NCBI GenBank assembly: GCA_963742735.1
Contig: CAVUMN010000002.1
Span: 1 to 64,000, forward strand
Source: an uncultured Actinomycetes bacterium
GTDB taxonomy: Bacteria; Actinomycetota; UBA4738; JBBDTT01
Direction of reading: 5' to 3'
Length of the DNA: 64,000 nt
Made by a program: the position numbers and the translations under genes. The notes under the pieces were generated by a model, which was given only the letters and a program-made list of their open reading frames with translations, was not told where the DNA came from and did no database searches. Of the stretch, positions 21,249 through 31,556 are shown piece after piece (the first letter of the stretch is position 1; each line of letters opens with the position of its first letter).

Positions 21249-23834
21249 ATGAGCGAGGACATGCCGACGGCCTACGAGCCCAAGGCGACGGAGTCCGCCT
21301 GGTACGCCCGATGGCTCGAGCGCGGCTACTTCGTCGCCCACGCCGATTCCGGCAAGGAGCCGTTCTGCATCGTCCTGCCGCCCCCGAACGTGACCGGGCA
21401 GCTGCACATCGGCCACGCGTACATGCTCACCAACCAGGACGTGATCGTCCGGCGCAAGCGGATGCAGGGCTACGAGACGCTGTGGCTCCCGGGGACCGAC
21501 CACGCCGGCATCGGCACCGAGGTCGTCGTCAAGCGCGAGCTGGAAAAGGAGGGCCTGACCCGCGAGGGCCTCGGCCGCGAGAAGTTCATCGAGCGCGTGT
21601 GGGCCTGGAAGGAGCGGTACGGGGACCGCATCGTCGTCCAGATGCAGGCCCTGGGGAACTCGTGCGACTGGACGCGGCTGCGGTTCACCGCCGACGAGGG
21701 TCTCTCCCGCGCCGTCCGCGAGGCGTTCGTCCGCTGGTACGACGACGGCCTCATCTATCGCGGCGAGCGGATCGTCAACTGGTGCCCGAAGGACGGCACC
21801 GCCCTGTCCGACTCCGAGGTGGAGCACGAGGATGTCGAGGGCGAGCTGATCACCTTCACCTACCCGATCGGTGACGGCGATGGGGGCATCCCCGTGGCCA
21901 CCACGCGCGTGGAGACCATGCTCGGCGACACAGGGATCGCGGTGAACCCCGACGACGAGCGGTACCGCGACCTGGTCGGGAGGCGCGTGACGCACCCCTT
22001 CGACGGCCGCGAGCTCCCGATCGTGGCCGATGCGGCCGTGGACCCCTCGTTCGGGACCGGTGCGGTGAAGGTCACGCCGGCCCATGATCCCAACGACTTC
22101 GACATCGCCGAGCGCACCGGGCTGGAGCGGCTGAACATCCTGGACGCCGGGGCGCACATCAACGAGAACGCGCCGAAGGAGTTCCAAGGGCTCGATCGGT
22201 ACGAGGCCCGCAAGGCCGTGCGCGACGCGCTGGAGGCGAAGGGCCTGCTGGTGAAGGAGGAACGCCCGTACGTCCACTCGGTGGGTCACTGCTACCGGTG
22301 TCACTCGGAGATCGAGCCGTGGCTCTCGGGCCAGCAGTGGTTCGTCAAGGTTGGCCCGCTGACCGGGCCGGCGAAGGCCGTGGCCGAGGACGGCCGCCTG
22401 CGCTTCTACCCCGAGCGGTGGAAGAAGCCCTACGTGGACTGGCTCGACAACCTGCGGGACTGGAACATCAGCCGCCAGCTGTGGTGGGGCCACCGCATCC
22501 CGGTCTGGTACTGCGACAACGGCCACGAGTTCGCCTCGCGCGAGGACCCGGCGGCGTGTGTGGAGTGCGGGAGCGCCGAGATCGAGCAGGACCCGGACGT
22601 CCTGGACACGTGGTTCTCCTCGCAGCTGTGGCCCTACTCCACGCTCGGATGGCCCGAGGACACCGAGGACCTGCGGACCTTCTACCCGACGAGCGTCCTG
22701 GTCACCGGCTACGAGATCCTGTACCTGTGGGTGGCCCGGATGGTGATGTCCGGGCTGAACCTGGCCGGTGACGTGCCGTTCCGTCACGCGATGATCCACG
22801 GCCTGATCCGCGACGAGCGCGGCCGGAAGATGAGCAAGTCGCTCGGCAACGTGATCGACCCGCTGGACATGGTCGAGCAGTACGGGGCGGACGCGCTCCG
22901 GTTCGCGCTGCTGCGGCAGGGGACCGGCAGCCAGGACATCCCCCTGTCGGTCGAGGGCATCGCGCTCGGCCGCAACTTTGCGAACAAGATCTGGAACGCG
23001 ACGCGCCTGGTCCTCTCGAAGCACGCCGGCGGCGCCCCCCAGCGGCCCGGGGGGCCGCACACGCTCGTCGATCGATGGATCCTGTCCCGGCACGAGCGGT
23101 GCCGCGCCGAGGTGGACGCGGCCATCGAGGACTACCGGTTCGACGTCGCCGCGGTCGCCCTCCAGCGGTTCCTGTGGTCCGAGCTCGCCGACTGGGGCCT
23201 GGAGATGCAGAAGTCGCGGCTGGCCGACCAGGAGCAGGCGGCCGACGCCGCCAACCTGCTGGCGTGGGTCCTGGAGCGGACCCTGCGCCTGCTCCACCCG
23301 ATCATGCCGTTCGTCACCGAGGAGATCTGGCAGCGGTTCGACGCGGGCGAGTCGATCGTGATCGCCGACTGGCCGGACGGACATCCGGACGACGTCGACG
23401 CAGACCTCGAGTCGCACGTGGAGTTCTTCCAGGAGGTCGTGACCAGGGCTCGGGAGCTGGCCGCTTCGATCCGGACCGGCAACGCCTATGAACGCGAAGC
23501 GACCGAGCCGCAGCGGGCCATCCTGCGGGCATTGGCCGGAGAGTTCCAGAAGCTGACGCGACTCGAGCTGGTCGTTCCGGATCAGGGCCCGCTGCGGGTG
23601 ACCGGCAGCGCCAGCAAGGTCGAAACCAGCCCAGAGGAACGCGACCGACTGCGGTCGGTGTTGATCCCCCGGCTCGAGGAGGCCGAGCAGAAGCTCGCCC
23701 GCGAGGAGGCGAAGCTCGCCAACCCGGACTTCGTGAACAAGGCCAAGCCCGAGGCGGTCGAGAAGGCGAAGGCCAACCGCGACCGCCTGTCCGAGGAGAT
23801 CGCGGTCCTGCGCGCCCAGCTCGAGGGTCCGTGA
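21249..23834 (+). CDS. valS: Valine--tRNA ligase
   Basis: PPPNVTGQLHIGH, DWNISRQLWWGH, KMSKS, C-terminal coiled coil. Confidence 0.98.
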   Translation: MSEDMPTAYEPKATESAWYARWLERGYFVAHADSGKEPFCIVLPPPNVTGQLHIGHAYMLTNQDVIVRRKRMQGYETLWLPGTDHAGIGTEVVVKRELEKEGLTREGLGREKFIERVWAWKERYGDRIVVQMQALGNSCDWTRLRFTADEGLSRAVREAFVRWYDDGLIYRGERIVNWCPKDGTALSDSEVEHEDVEGELITFTYPIGDGDGGIPVATTRVETMLGDTGIAVNPDDERYRDLVGRRVTHPFDGRELPIVADAAVDPSFGTGAVKVTPAHDPNDFDIAERTGLERLNILDAGAHINENAPKEFQGLDRYEARKAVRDALEAKGLLVKEERPYVHSVGHCYRCHSEIEPWLSGQQWFVKVGPLTGPAKAVAEDGRLRFYPERWKKPYVDWLDNLRDWNISRQLWWGHRIPVWYCDNGHEFASREDPAACVECGSAEIEQDPDVLDTWFSSQLWPYSTLGWPEDTEDLRTFYPTSVLVTGYEILYLWVARMVMSGLNLAGDVPFRHAMIHGLIRDERGRKMSKSLGNVIDPLDMVEQYGADALRFALLRQGTGSQDIPLSVEGIALGRNFANKIWNATRLVLSKHAGGAPQRPGGPHTLVDRWILSRHERCRAEVDAAIEDYRFDVAAVALQRFLWSELADWGLEMQKSRLADQEQAADAANLLAWVLERTLRLLHPIMPFVTEEIWQRFDAGESIVIADWPDGHPDDVDADLESHVEFFQEVVTRARELAASIRTGNAYEREATEPQRAILRALAGEFQKLTRLELVVPDQGPLRVTGSASKVETSPEERDRLRSVLIPRLEEAEQKLAREEAKLANPDFVNKAKPEAVEKAKANRDRLSEEIAVLRAQLEGP

Positions 23835-25126
23835 CGACCTTCGCCGAGGCGGTCGCCGAGCTCGACGCCCGCCAGCCCGAGCGGATGGTGCCGGACCTCT
23901 CGCGCATCGCGGCGGTCGCCGAGCTGGCCGATCACCCCGAGCTGAAGTACCGGACGGTCCACGTCACCGGCACCAACGGGAAGACGACGACCGCGCGGGC
24001 GGTCGCCTCCCTGTTGTGCGCCCACGGCCTGACCGCCGGCCTGTACACCTCGCCGCACCTGCGCTCGGTGACCGAGCGGATCGCGCTGTGCCTGGACCCG
24101 ATCACCGAGGAGGAGTTCGCCGAGGAGTGGGAGCGGCTGGCGCCCTACCTGGTCGAGGTCGACCGCCGGGGCGAGCGGGTCACCTACTTCGAGGCGCTGA
24201 CCGCGCTCGCGTACCTTTGGTTCGCCGACAAGCCGGTCGAGGTGGGGGTGTTCGAGGTGGGGATGGGCGGGGTGTGGGACGCGACGAACCTCATCCGCGG
24301 CGAGGTCGCCGTGCTGTGTCCGATCGGTCTGGACCATCCCGAGCTCGGCGGCTCGGTGCTGCAGGTGGCCACCGAGAAGGCCGGCATCATCAAGGAGGGC
24401 GGCGTGGCGGTGGTCCGCGAGCAGCGCCCCGACGCCATGCGGGTCATCGAGACCCGCGCGCGCGAGGTGGGCGCCGACATCCTGCTCGAGGGGCGCGACT
24501 GGGGCCTCGGCCCTCGGGCCCTGGCGGTGCGCGGCCAGCAGCTCGCCGTCCGCGGGATCCACGCCGAGTACGACGGGTTCTTCGTGCCCCTGCACGGCGC
24601 GCACCAGGCCTCGAACGCCGCCGCCGCGATCGTGGCCGCCGAGGCGCTGCTCGGCCGGGCCCTCGACGAGGGCTCCGTCCGCGAGGGGCTCGAGGAGCTG
24701 ACCTCGCCCGGCCGGCTGGAGGTCATCGCCCACGAGCCGACCACGGTCCTGGACGGCGCCCACAACCCCGACGCGGCGCGGGCCCTGGCCGCGGCGCTGC
24801 CCGAGGTGTTCTCCTGGGGGAAGCTCCACCTGGTCCTGGGGATCTTCCAGGACAAGGACGTCGACGGGATCCTGGAGGCCCTGGCGCCGCTGGGCGCCGA
24901 CGCCTATGTGGTGCAGAGCCGCAGCCCCCGGGCCATGCCCGCGGATGCCCTGGCCGACGCCTGCTGGAGGGCGGGGATCACCGCCAAGGTGTTCGGCTCG
25001 GTCGAGGAGGCGGTGGACGCCGCCCGCGCGAGCTCGGACGACGACGACCTCGTGGTGGTGACGGGCTCTCTCTATACTGTCGCCGCCGCCCGGGAGCACC
25101 TGCGGCGCGACCCCGAGCTCACCTGA
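23831..25126 (+). CDS. folC: Folylpolyglutamate/dihydrofolate synthase
   Basis: [37 protein letters not shown]. Confidence 0.96.
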   Translation: MTTFAEAVAELDARQPERMVPDLSRIAAVAELADHPELKYRTVHVTGTNGKTTTARAVASLLCAHGLTAGLYTSPHLRSVTERIALCLDPITEEEFAEEWERLAPYLVEVDRRGERVTYFEALTALAYLWFADKPVEVGVFEVGMGGVWDATNLIRGEVAVLCPIGLDHPELGGSVLQVATEKAGIIKEGGVAVVREQRPDAMRVIETRAREVGADILLEGRDWGLGPRALAVRGQQLAVRGIHAEYDGFFVPLHGAHQASNAAAAIVAAEALLGRALDEGSVREGLEELTSPGRLEVIAHEPTTVLDGAHNPDAARALAAALPEVFSWGKLHLVLGIFQDKDVDGILEALAPLGADAYVVQSRSPRAMPADALADACWRAGITAKVFGSVEEAVDAARASSDDDDLVVVTGSLYTVAAAREHLRRDPELT

Positions 25127-25139
25127 CGAGGGACCGACC

Positions 25140-25547
25140 ATGGCCGAAGAGCAGACCCTGGTGATCGCCAAGCCCGACGCGGTGCGCCGCGGGCTGGTCG
25201 GGGAGATCGTGGACCGCCTGGAGCGCAAGGGCCTGACGATCGCCGGCCTGAAGATGCTCCGCATCGACCGGGAGCTGGCCGAGGAGCACTACGGCGAGCA
25301 TCGCGACAAGCCGTTCTTCGGCGAGCTGGTCGAGTTCATCACGAGCGGCGACGTCGTCGTGGCCAAAGTCGTGGGGGAGGGCGCCGTCGGCGTCGTCCGC
25401 ACGCTGATGGGCCCGACCAACCCCGCCGAGGCCCCGCCGGGGACGATCCGCGGCGACTACGGGACGATCATCACCGAGAACCTGGTCCACGGCAGCGACT
25501 CGGCGGCCTCCGCCGAACGCGAGCTGAAGCTCTTCTTCGGCGACTGA
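25140..25547 (+). CDS. ndk: Nucleoside diphosphate kinase
   Basis: [29 protein letters not shown]. Confidence 0.98.
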   Translation: MAEEQTLVIAKPDAVRRGLVGEIVDRLERKGLTIAGLKMLRIDRELAEEHYGEHRDKPFFGELVEFITSGDVVVAKVVGEGAVGVVRTLMGPTNPAEAPPGTIRGDYGTIITENLVHGSDSAASAERELKLFFGD

Positions 25548-25614
25548 GCGACCCGTCCGATGTCCGGGTTCAGTACCGGCTGTCCCTGATCGGAAAGGCC
25601 CAGTTCAGAGGCAC

Positions 25615-25641
25615 TTGACGGACGCGTTAGTCTTAACGCGT
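25615..25641 (+). promoter_or_regulatory. -35-like TTGACG followed by palindromic operator ACGCGTTA-N4-TAACGCGT
   Basis: Perfect 8-bp inverted repeat at 25622-25641 in intergenic DNA upstream of an HTH gene. Confidence 0.5.
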
Positions 25642-25751
25642 GGGTTGCCGGGACACCCCACATTTTCCCCAAGTTTTGCACAGGGTCTGGCGTTTCACGC
25701 CCTGAAAATCGCTTCCCCTGCTTCCCCAGCTAGTGGAAGAAGGACGACGCG

Positions 25752-26105
25752 ATGCAGCAGCAGGTCCAGACCGCCCAAGGGATCGGAGCCTTGTTGCGCC
25801 GGGCCCGGGAGCGCCGGGGAACCTCCCTGCAGGACGCCGCCCGGGACACGTGCATCTCCATCGCCTACCTGGGCGCCCTCGAGCGGGGCGAGCCATACAG
25901 CGCCTTTCCGGCCCCGGTGTACGCGCGCGGCTTCCTCCGCGAGTACGCCCGGTACCTGGGGCTGGACCCCGCCCCGCTGGTGGACCGCTTCTGGGAGGGC
26001 GAGGAGGTTCCCGACCCCGTGATCCAGGCGTCGATGGCGCACTCGCCCCGGATGCCCGACCGGGGACGCGGCGTGCTCCGCGGCCTCCGCCCGCGCCCCC
26101 GCTGA
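25752..26105 (+). CDS. RodZ-like N-terminal HTH protein (no TM or C-terminal domain)
   Basis: IGALLRRARERRGTSL...YLGALERGE...PAPVYARGFLREYARYLGLD. Confidence 0.85.
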   Translation: MQQQVQTAQGIGALLRRARERRGTSLQDAARDTCISIAYLGALERGEPYSAFPAPVYARGFLREYARYLGLDPAPLVDRFWEGEEVPDPVIQASMAHSPRMPDRGRGVLRGLRPRPR

Positions 26106-26139
26106 GGAGATCCGCCCCGAGGGGGATACTCGCCCCCGC

Positions 26140-26994
26140 ATGAGCCTGCTCTCCGGCCTGCTCGGGAAACGGCGTGCCACCGCCGCGAAACGGGTCGGCG
26201 TCTTCATGGCGGTCTGCATCCTGGCCGGCGCGGGGCTGGCCGTCGCCGGCTGGGTCGCGCAGTCCTGGCCGGTGCTCTGGGCCGGGATCGCCGTGATCGT
26301 GATCGGCCTTCTGCCCCTCTTCCTGGTCGCCGATCTGGTCAACGTCCTCGTCCTGGGGCTGGTCCGCTCCGCCTCGCGGCAGAAGGCCGCCGCCCGGTTC
26401 GGCCTCTCCTACGCGCGCCACGACCCGTTCGCCATCGACCAGATCGGGTTCCCCGGGCTGGGCGACGGCGCGGCGGAGCACGTCTGCTGGGGCGCCATGA
26501 ACGGCCGGCAGGTGGTGTGGTTCGAGTGGTCCCGCGGCCTGGTGGGCCGCGAGGGGAGCTACGCCTGCGCCATGGTGGACGTCGGGGCCGGGTGCCCGCC
26601 CCTGATCCTCACCCGCGAGGACGTGCCGGAGGGCCTGCTGCCCGAGGTGGAGATGGAGGCCGTCGAGTTCAACCGGGCGTTCCACGTCCTGTGCCCGGAC
26701 CGTCGGTTCGCCATCGCCTTCTGCGACGCACGCCTGATGGCCTGGCTGCTGGATGCCTTCCCCGCGGACCTGACGATCGAGGCCCGGGGGCGGTTCGTCC
26801 TGTGCCGGACCGTCCAGCGGCGCCACCTTCCGGTCGTGGGATGGACGTTGGCGTTCATCCTGGCCGCCATGGGCAGGGGCGACGAAGACTTCGACCGAGC
26901 CCTGACGGCCCTCGGGACCCTCGCTCCCCGCCTTCCCGGCCTGTTACCCTCCATGTGGCCGCCGACGTCGGCGGCACTGCACGTGACTATGTGA
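26140..26994 (+). CDS. Hypothetical membrane protein (DUF3137-like)
   Basis: Two or three N-terminal TM helices; EAVEFNRAFHV...DARLMAWLL. Confidence 0.6.
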   Translation: MSLLSGLLGKRRATAAKRVGVFMAVCILAGAGLAVAGWVAQSWPVLWAGIAVIVIGLLPLFLVADLVNVLVLGLVRSASRQKAAARFGLSYARHDPFAIDQIGFPGLGDGAAEHVCWGAMNGRQVVWFEWSRGLVGREGSYACAMVDVGAGCPPLILTREDVPEGLLPEVEMEAVEFNRAFHVLCPDRRFAIAFCDARLMAWLLDAFPADLTIEARGRFVLCRTVQRRHLPVVGWTLAFILAAMGRGDEDFDRALTALGTLAPRLPGLLPSMWPPTSAALHVTM

Positions 26995-27071
26995 GCGACG
27001 GGGCGGTTTTGGCGCATCTGCGCAGGTCAGCGCGGTTGCCAAATGACAAGGCCCTCCTGTAGAAAGGCACG

Positions 27072-28154
27072 ATGCCACCGCCTCGACAGCACGCCATGCT
27101 GCAGCAAAAGGCACCCCAGAAGCCCGAGGGGATCACCGGGTTCCTCGGCCGCGACATGGCCGTCGACCTCGGCACGGCCAACACGCTCGTGTACGTGCGC
27201 GGGCGCGGCATCGTGCTGAACGAGCCCTCCGTCGTGGCGATCAACACCGTGAACCGCGCGATCCTGGCCGTCGGCGCGGAGGCCAAGCGGATGATCGGGC
27301 GCACGCCCTCGCACATCCAGGCCGTCCGCCCGCTGAAGGACGGCGTGATCGCCGACTTCGATGTCACCGAGAAGATGCTGCGCTACTTCATCCAGAAGGT
27401 GCACCGCCGCCGGTTCCTCGCGAAGCCCCGCGTGGTCGTCTGCGTGCCCTCCGGGATCACCGGCGTCGAGCAGCGCGCGGTCGAGGAGGCCACGATCTCC
27501 GCCGGCGCGCGCGCCGCCTACATCATCGAGGAGCCCATGGCCGCGGCCATAGGGGCTGGGCTCCCGATCCACGAGCCCACCGGCAACATGGTCGTCGACA
27601 TCGGCGGCGGCACGACCGAGGTGGCCGTCATCTCGCTCGGCGGGATCGTCACGTCGACCTCACTGCGGGTCGGCGGCGACGAGCTCGACGAGTCGATCAT
27701 CCAGTACGTGAAGAAGGAGTACTCGCTGATGCTCGGCGAGCGGACGTCCGAGGCGATCAAGCTCGCCGTCGGCTCCGCGTTCCCGACGCCCGACGAGATG
27801 ATCGCCGAGATCAAGGGCCGCGACCTGGTGTCCGGCCTTCCCAAGACCATCCACGTTTCCGCGGAGGAGATCCGCAAGGCGATCGAGGAGCCCGTCAACG
27901 GGATCATCGACGCCGTGAAGAACACGCTGGACCGGTGTCCGCCGGAGCTGGCCGCCGACATCATGGACAAGGGCATCGTCCTGACCGGCGGCGGCGCGTT
28001 GCTGAAGGGGCTCGACGAGCGCCTGAAGCACGAGACGGGCATGCCGATCCACGTGGCCGACAACCCGCTGTCCTGCGTGGCCATCGGCTCGGGCAAGTGC
28101 CTGGAGGAGTTCGAGGTCCTCCGGCGTGTCCTGATCTCCTCAACGCGGCACTAA
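27072..28154 (+). CDS. mreB: Rod shape-determining actin homolog
   Basis: [31 protein letters not shown]. Start may be 27096. Confidence 0.98.
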   Translation: MPPPRQHAMLQQKAPQKPEGITGFLGRDMAVDLGTANTLVYVRGRGIVLNEPSVVAINTVNRAILAVGAEAKRMIGRTPSHIQAVRPLKDGVIADFDVTEKMLRYFIQKVHRRRFLAKPRVVVCVPSGITGVEQRAVEEATISAGARAAYIIEEPMAAAIGAGLPIHEPTGNMVVDIGGGTTEVAVISLGGIVTSTSLRVGGDELDESIIQYVKKEYSLMLGERTSEAIKLAVGSAFPTPDEMIAEIKGRDLVSGLPKTIHVSAEEIRKAIEEPVNGIIDAVKNTLDRCPPELAADIMDKGIVLTGGGALLKGLDERLKHETGMPIHVADNPLSCVAIGSGKCLEEFEVLRRVLISSTRH

Positions 28155-28176
28155 CCGCACCTGAGGAGGCGCCCCC

Positions 28177-29031
28177 ATGGCGCAGCAGCCGCTCTACCGC
28201 CGGGGACGTTCGACGCGCCTGCTCCTGGTCGCGCTGGTCACCGCCAGCCTGGTCACGATCACCGTCGACTACCGCAGCGGAGAGCAGGGCCCGCTCGCCG
28301 CGGCCGGCCGGGCGACGCTCTCGGTGATCAGCCCGCTGCAGCGGGCGGTGTCGGGGATCCTCCAGCCGATCGGCAACTTCTTCTCCTCGATCACGAACCT
28401 GGGATCGCTGCGCACCGAGAACGAGACGCTGCGGATCCAGGTCGCCGAGCTGCTGGGCGACAGCGGCAACTTCCTCAGCTACAAACGCCGGTACGAGGAG
28501 CTCTCGACGCTGCTGCACGTGAAGCAGTCCATCCCCATCGCGTCGCGGACCGGCCGGGTGATCGCCCTGGGCGTCTCGAACAACGAGTGGAAGATCACCA
28601 TCAACCTGGGCTCCAGCGACGGCGTGCAGGTGAACGACCCCGTCGTCGGGCCCGAGGGCCTCATCGGTCACGTGGTGAAGGCGGCGCGCGACGTCTCCGA
28701 CGTCCAGCTCATCCAGGACCCGGACTCGGCGGTGGGGGTGCGGCTGTCGGACAGCCGCAAGACCGGCGTGCTGACGGGCCAACGCGACGACGAGCTCGTC
28801 CTCGAGCTCCTGGATCCGACGGCCGAGGTCCGCCCGGGGGAGGCCATCGAGACCTCCGGGTTCATCGTCGAGGGGACCGACCTCGGGAGCATCTACCCGC
28901 CGAACATCCAGGTCGGGGTCGTGTCGCGGGTGCTGCCGGACCCGGCCGCGCCGCAGAAGGACGTTCTGGTCCGCCCGAACGTGGACTACACCTCGCTCGA
29001 GTTCGTGCTGGTGATCCTCACCCCGAACTGA
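28177..29031 (+). CDS. mreC: Rod shape protein MreC
   Basis: N-terminal TM and coiled coil, INLGSSDGV, GLIGHV, TSG...IYPPNIQVG. Confidence 0.95.
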   Translation: MAQQPLYRRGRSTRLLLVALVTASLVTITVDYRSGEQGPLAAAGRATLSVISPLQRAVSGILQPIGNFFSSITNLGSLRTENETLRIQVAELLGDSGNFLSYKRRYEELSTLLHVKQSIPIASRTGRVIALGVSNNEWKITINLGSSDGVQVNDPVVGPEGLIGHVVKAARDVSDVQLIQDPDSAVGVRLSDSRKTGVLTGQRDDELVLELLDPTAEVRPGEAIETSGFIVEGTDLGSIYPPNIQVGVVSRVLPDPAAPQKDVLVRPNVDYTSLEFVLVILTPN

Positions 29032-29103
29032 CGGGCCGAACCGCCTCGACGGTGGGCGCCCCGGAATCCGGAGGGCCCGCCAGGGCCTCGATAGACTGCC
29101 CCG

Positions 29104-29610
29104 ATGCGACGCGCACTCGCGTGGGCCGCGGTCATCATCACCGGGCTCCTGCTCCAGTCGACGGTCTTCGCCCAGATCGAGCTGTTCGACGCCAAGCCGG
29201 AGCTCATGTACCTGATCACCGTGGTGCTGGCCATGCTGGAGGGCCCGGCGGCGGGCGCCTCGGGCGGCTTCGCCGCGGGCATGACCCAGGACTTCATGCT
29301 CAACTCGCCCAAGGGCATCACGGCCCTGACCCTGACCCTGCTCGGCTACACCGTCGGGATGATCCGCCAGTACATCGCGTCGCCCAGCCCGGCCCTGCCG
29401 GTGCTGCTGGTGACCGGCGCCACCGCCGCCGGGGTCGTGTTCCACGGGCTGGTCGAGTTCCTGCTCGGCCAGCTCAGCGTGGGGTGGGGCTACCAGCTCA
29501 AGGTGGCCGTCTTCTCGGCCCTCTACAACGGGATCCTCACTCCGCTGGCGTACCCGGTGATCCGCCGCGTGGCGGAGGGCTCCCGGGCCAAACGCGTCTT
29601 CAGGTGGTAG
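29104..29610 (+). CDS. mreD: Rod shape protein MreD
   Basis: Hydrophobic 168 aa between mreC and mrdA; KPEL, GFAAGMTQD. Confidence 0.92.
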   Translation: MRRALAWAAVIITGLLLQSTVFAQIELFDAKPELMYLITVVLAMLEGPAAGASGGFAAGMTQDFMLNSPKGITALTLTLLGYTVGMIRQYIASPSPALPVLLVTGATAAGVVFHGLVEFLLGQLSVGWGYQLKVAVFSALYNGILTPLAYPVIRRVAEGSRAKRVFRW

Positions 29611-29648
29611 AACTCTGGGGTCCCCCTCCCCCCTGACCTGGGCCCCGG

Positions 29649-31556
29649 ATGACCGAGAACAAGACCAAGGTCCGCCTCACCGCCCTGGGCGCGGTGATCC
29701 TGTTCCTGTTCTTCTCGCTGGCGACGCGCCTGTGGTTCCTGCAGGTCCTTGCCACCGAGGAGTACGCGAGCCGCGCCCAGGGCAACCGCGTGCGGATCCT
29801 GCCGCAGGCCCCGCCGCGGGGACGGATCCTGGACCGGCAGGGCGAGATCCTGGTCAGCAACCGGCCCTCGACGATCGTGATGGTGGATCGCTCGGCGCTG
29901 CCCGACAGCGAGAAGGAGCGCGTGCTCTCGCGGCTCGCGGAGCTCCTCCAGCTCGACGCCGTGGAGCTCGGAAAGCGGATGGAGGACCGCAAGTACTTCG
30001 CGTTCCAGCCGATCCCTATCGCGTTCGACGTACCCCAATCGGTGGCCTCCTACATCGGCGAGCACCAGGCGGAGCTTCCAGGTGTCAGCTATCTGCCGGG
30101 GTCGGTTCGCGAATACCCCTCCAAGAGTCTCGCCGCCCACCTGCTGGGGTACACCGGCGAGATCTCCTCCGAACAGCTCGAGCTGCCGCGGTTCGAGGAC
30201 TACAACCAGGGCGCGCTGATCGGCAAGGCCGGCGTCGAAGCGGTGTACGAGGAGGACCTTCAGGGCGTGGAGGGCCTCGTCAAGTACGAGGTCAACGCGC
30301 AGGGCGACATCATCCGGCCGCTCGGTCCCCGCGAACCGGTACCCGGTGACGACCTGGTCCTGTCGATCGACGCGAAGGTGCAGCGCGTCACCCAGCGCAG
30401 CCTGCGCGAGGGGATGGAGCGGGCCCGCAACATCTTCGACAAGGAGGACGGGTATCTGAAGGCCGGCGGCGGCGCCGCCCTCGTGATGGACCCGCGCAAC
30501 GGGCAGATCCTGGCCATGGCCTCGTTCCCGACGTTCGACCCTGCCACGTTCATCGGCGGGATCACCCAGAAGGAGTTCAAGCGCCTCATCAGCGAGGGGT
30601 CGAACTCGCCGCTGTACAACCGGGCGATCCAGTCCGCGCTGCCGCCGGGTTCGACGTTCAAGCCCTTCGTGGCCGCCGCAGCCGTGCAGGAACGGATCAC
30701 GAACCTCGAGGCGTATACCCCATGCCCGTCGGAGTTCGGACCGCTCCCGAACGACCCGTCCGAGACGACGTTCAGCAACTGGCGCGACGTCGACCGGCCG
30801 CCGCTCAACCTGGCCGAGGCTCTCATCGAGTCCTGCGACACGGTGTTCTACGAGTTCGGCCACGAGTTCTACCAGCGGCGGGTGACCCGCGGAGAGATCT
30901 TCCAGAAGCACCTGGAGCGGTTCGGGTTCGGCCACCGGTCCGGGGTCGACCTTCCCGACGAGAACCCCGGCCTGATACCGGATGCCGAGTACAAGAAGCA
31001 GGCGGCGAGGTCGAACAAGTACGTGAACAGGTTCTGGCTTCCGGGAGATGACATCACCATGGCGATCGGGCAGGGCCTGGTGCAGGTCAGCCCCATCCAG
31101 CTGGCCACGGCCATGTCGGCGATCGCCAACGGCGGGACGATCTGGCAGCCGCACCTGGGGCTTCGCGTCCAGAAGGCCGACCGCGAGGTGGTCCGGCAGA
31201 TCAAGGCGCGGAAGCTCGGCCGGCTCCCGTTCTCCAAGGCCGTGCTCGGCTACATCCGCGACTCCCTGGCGAGGGTAACGTCCAACGGGACGGCGGCCGG
31301 CGCGTTCGCGGGGTTCCCGCTCAGCCAGTACTCCGTGGCGGGCAAGACGGGGACCGCCGAGATGCCCCCGCGCCAGGACTTCTCGTGGTTCGCCGCGATG
31401 ACCCCCGCCAACGGCGCCAAGTACGTGGTGGTGGCGATGGTGGAGGAGGGGGGCCACGGCTCGAGCACCGCCGCGCCGATCGTGCGGACGATCATCGAGG
31501 GGCTGTACGGGATCGAGCGCACCGAGCCGATCGCGCCGCCGGAGGCCACCGACTGA
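29649..31556 (+). CDS. mrdA: Penicillin-binding protein 2
   Basis: RGRILDRQG, GSTFKPF, SCD, AIGQG, GKTGTAE. Confidence 0.96.
   Translation: MTENKTKVRLTALGAVILFLFFSLATRLWFLQVLATEEYASRAQGNRVRILPQAPPRGRILDRQGEILVSNRPSTIVMVDRSALPDSEKERVLSRLAELLQLDAVELGKRMEDRKYFAFQPIPIAFDVPQSVASYIGEHQAELPGVSYLPGSVREYPSKSLAAHLLGYTGEISSEQLELPRFEDYNQGALIGKAGVEAVYEEDLQGVEGLVKYEVNAQGDIIRPLGPREPVPGDDLVLSIDAKVQRVTQRSLREGMERARNIFDKEDGYLKAGGGAALVMDPRNGQILAMASFPTFDPATFIGGITQKEFKRLISEGSNSPLYNRAIQSALPPGSTFKPFVAAAAVQERITNLEAYTPCPSEFGPLPNDPSETTFSNWRDVDRPPLNLAEALIESCDTVFYEFGHEFYQRRVTRGEIFQKHLERFGFGHRSGVDLPDENPGLIPDAEYKKQAARSNKYVNRFWLPGDDITMAIGQGLVQVSPIQLATAMSAIANGGTIWQPHLGLRVQKADREVVRQIKARKLGRLPFSKAVLGYIRDSLARVTSNGTAAGAFAGFPLSQYSVAGKTGTAEMPPRQDFSWFAAMTPANGAKYVVVAMVEEGGHGSSTAAPIVRTIIEGLYGIERTEPIAPPEATD

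Noticed and set aside
21096-23417. Long antisense ORFs (opposite valS, rne, mrdA, ino1 and others)
   Set aside because: Shadow ORFs expected from high-GC codon bias opposite well-supported genes.
25655-25685. TTTTCCCCA / TTTTGCACA as DnaA boxes
   Set aside because: Two mismatches each to TTATCCACA; too weak.
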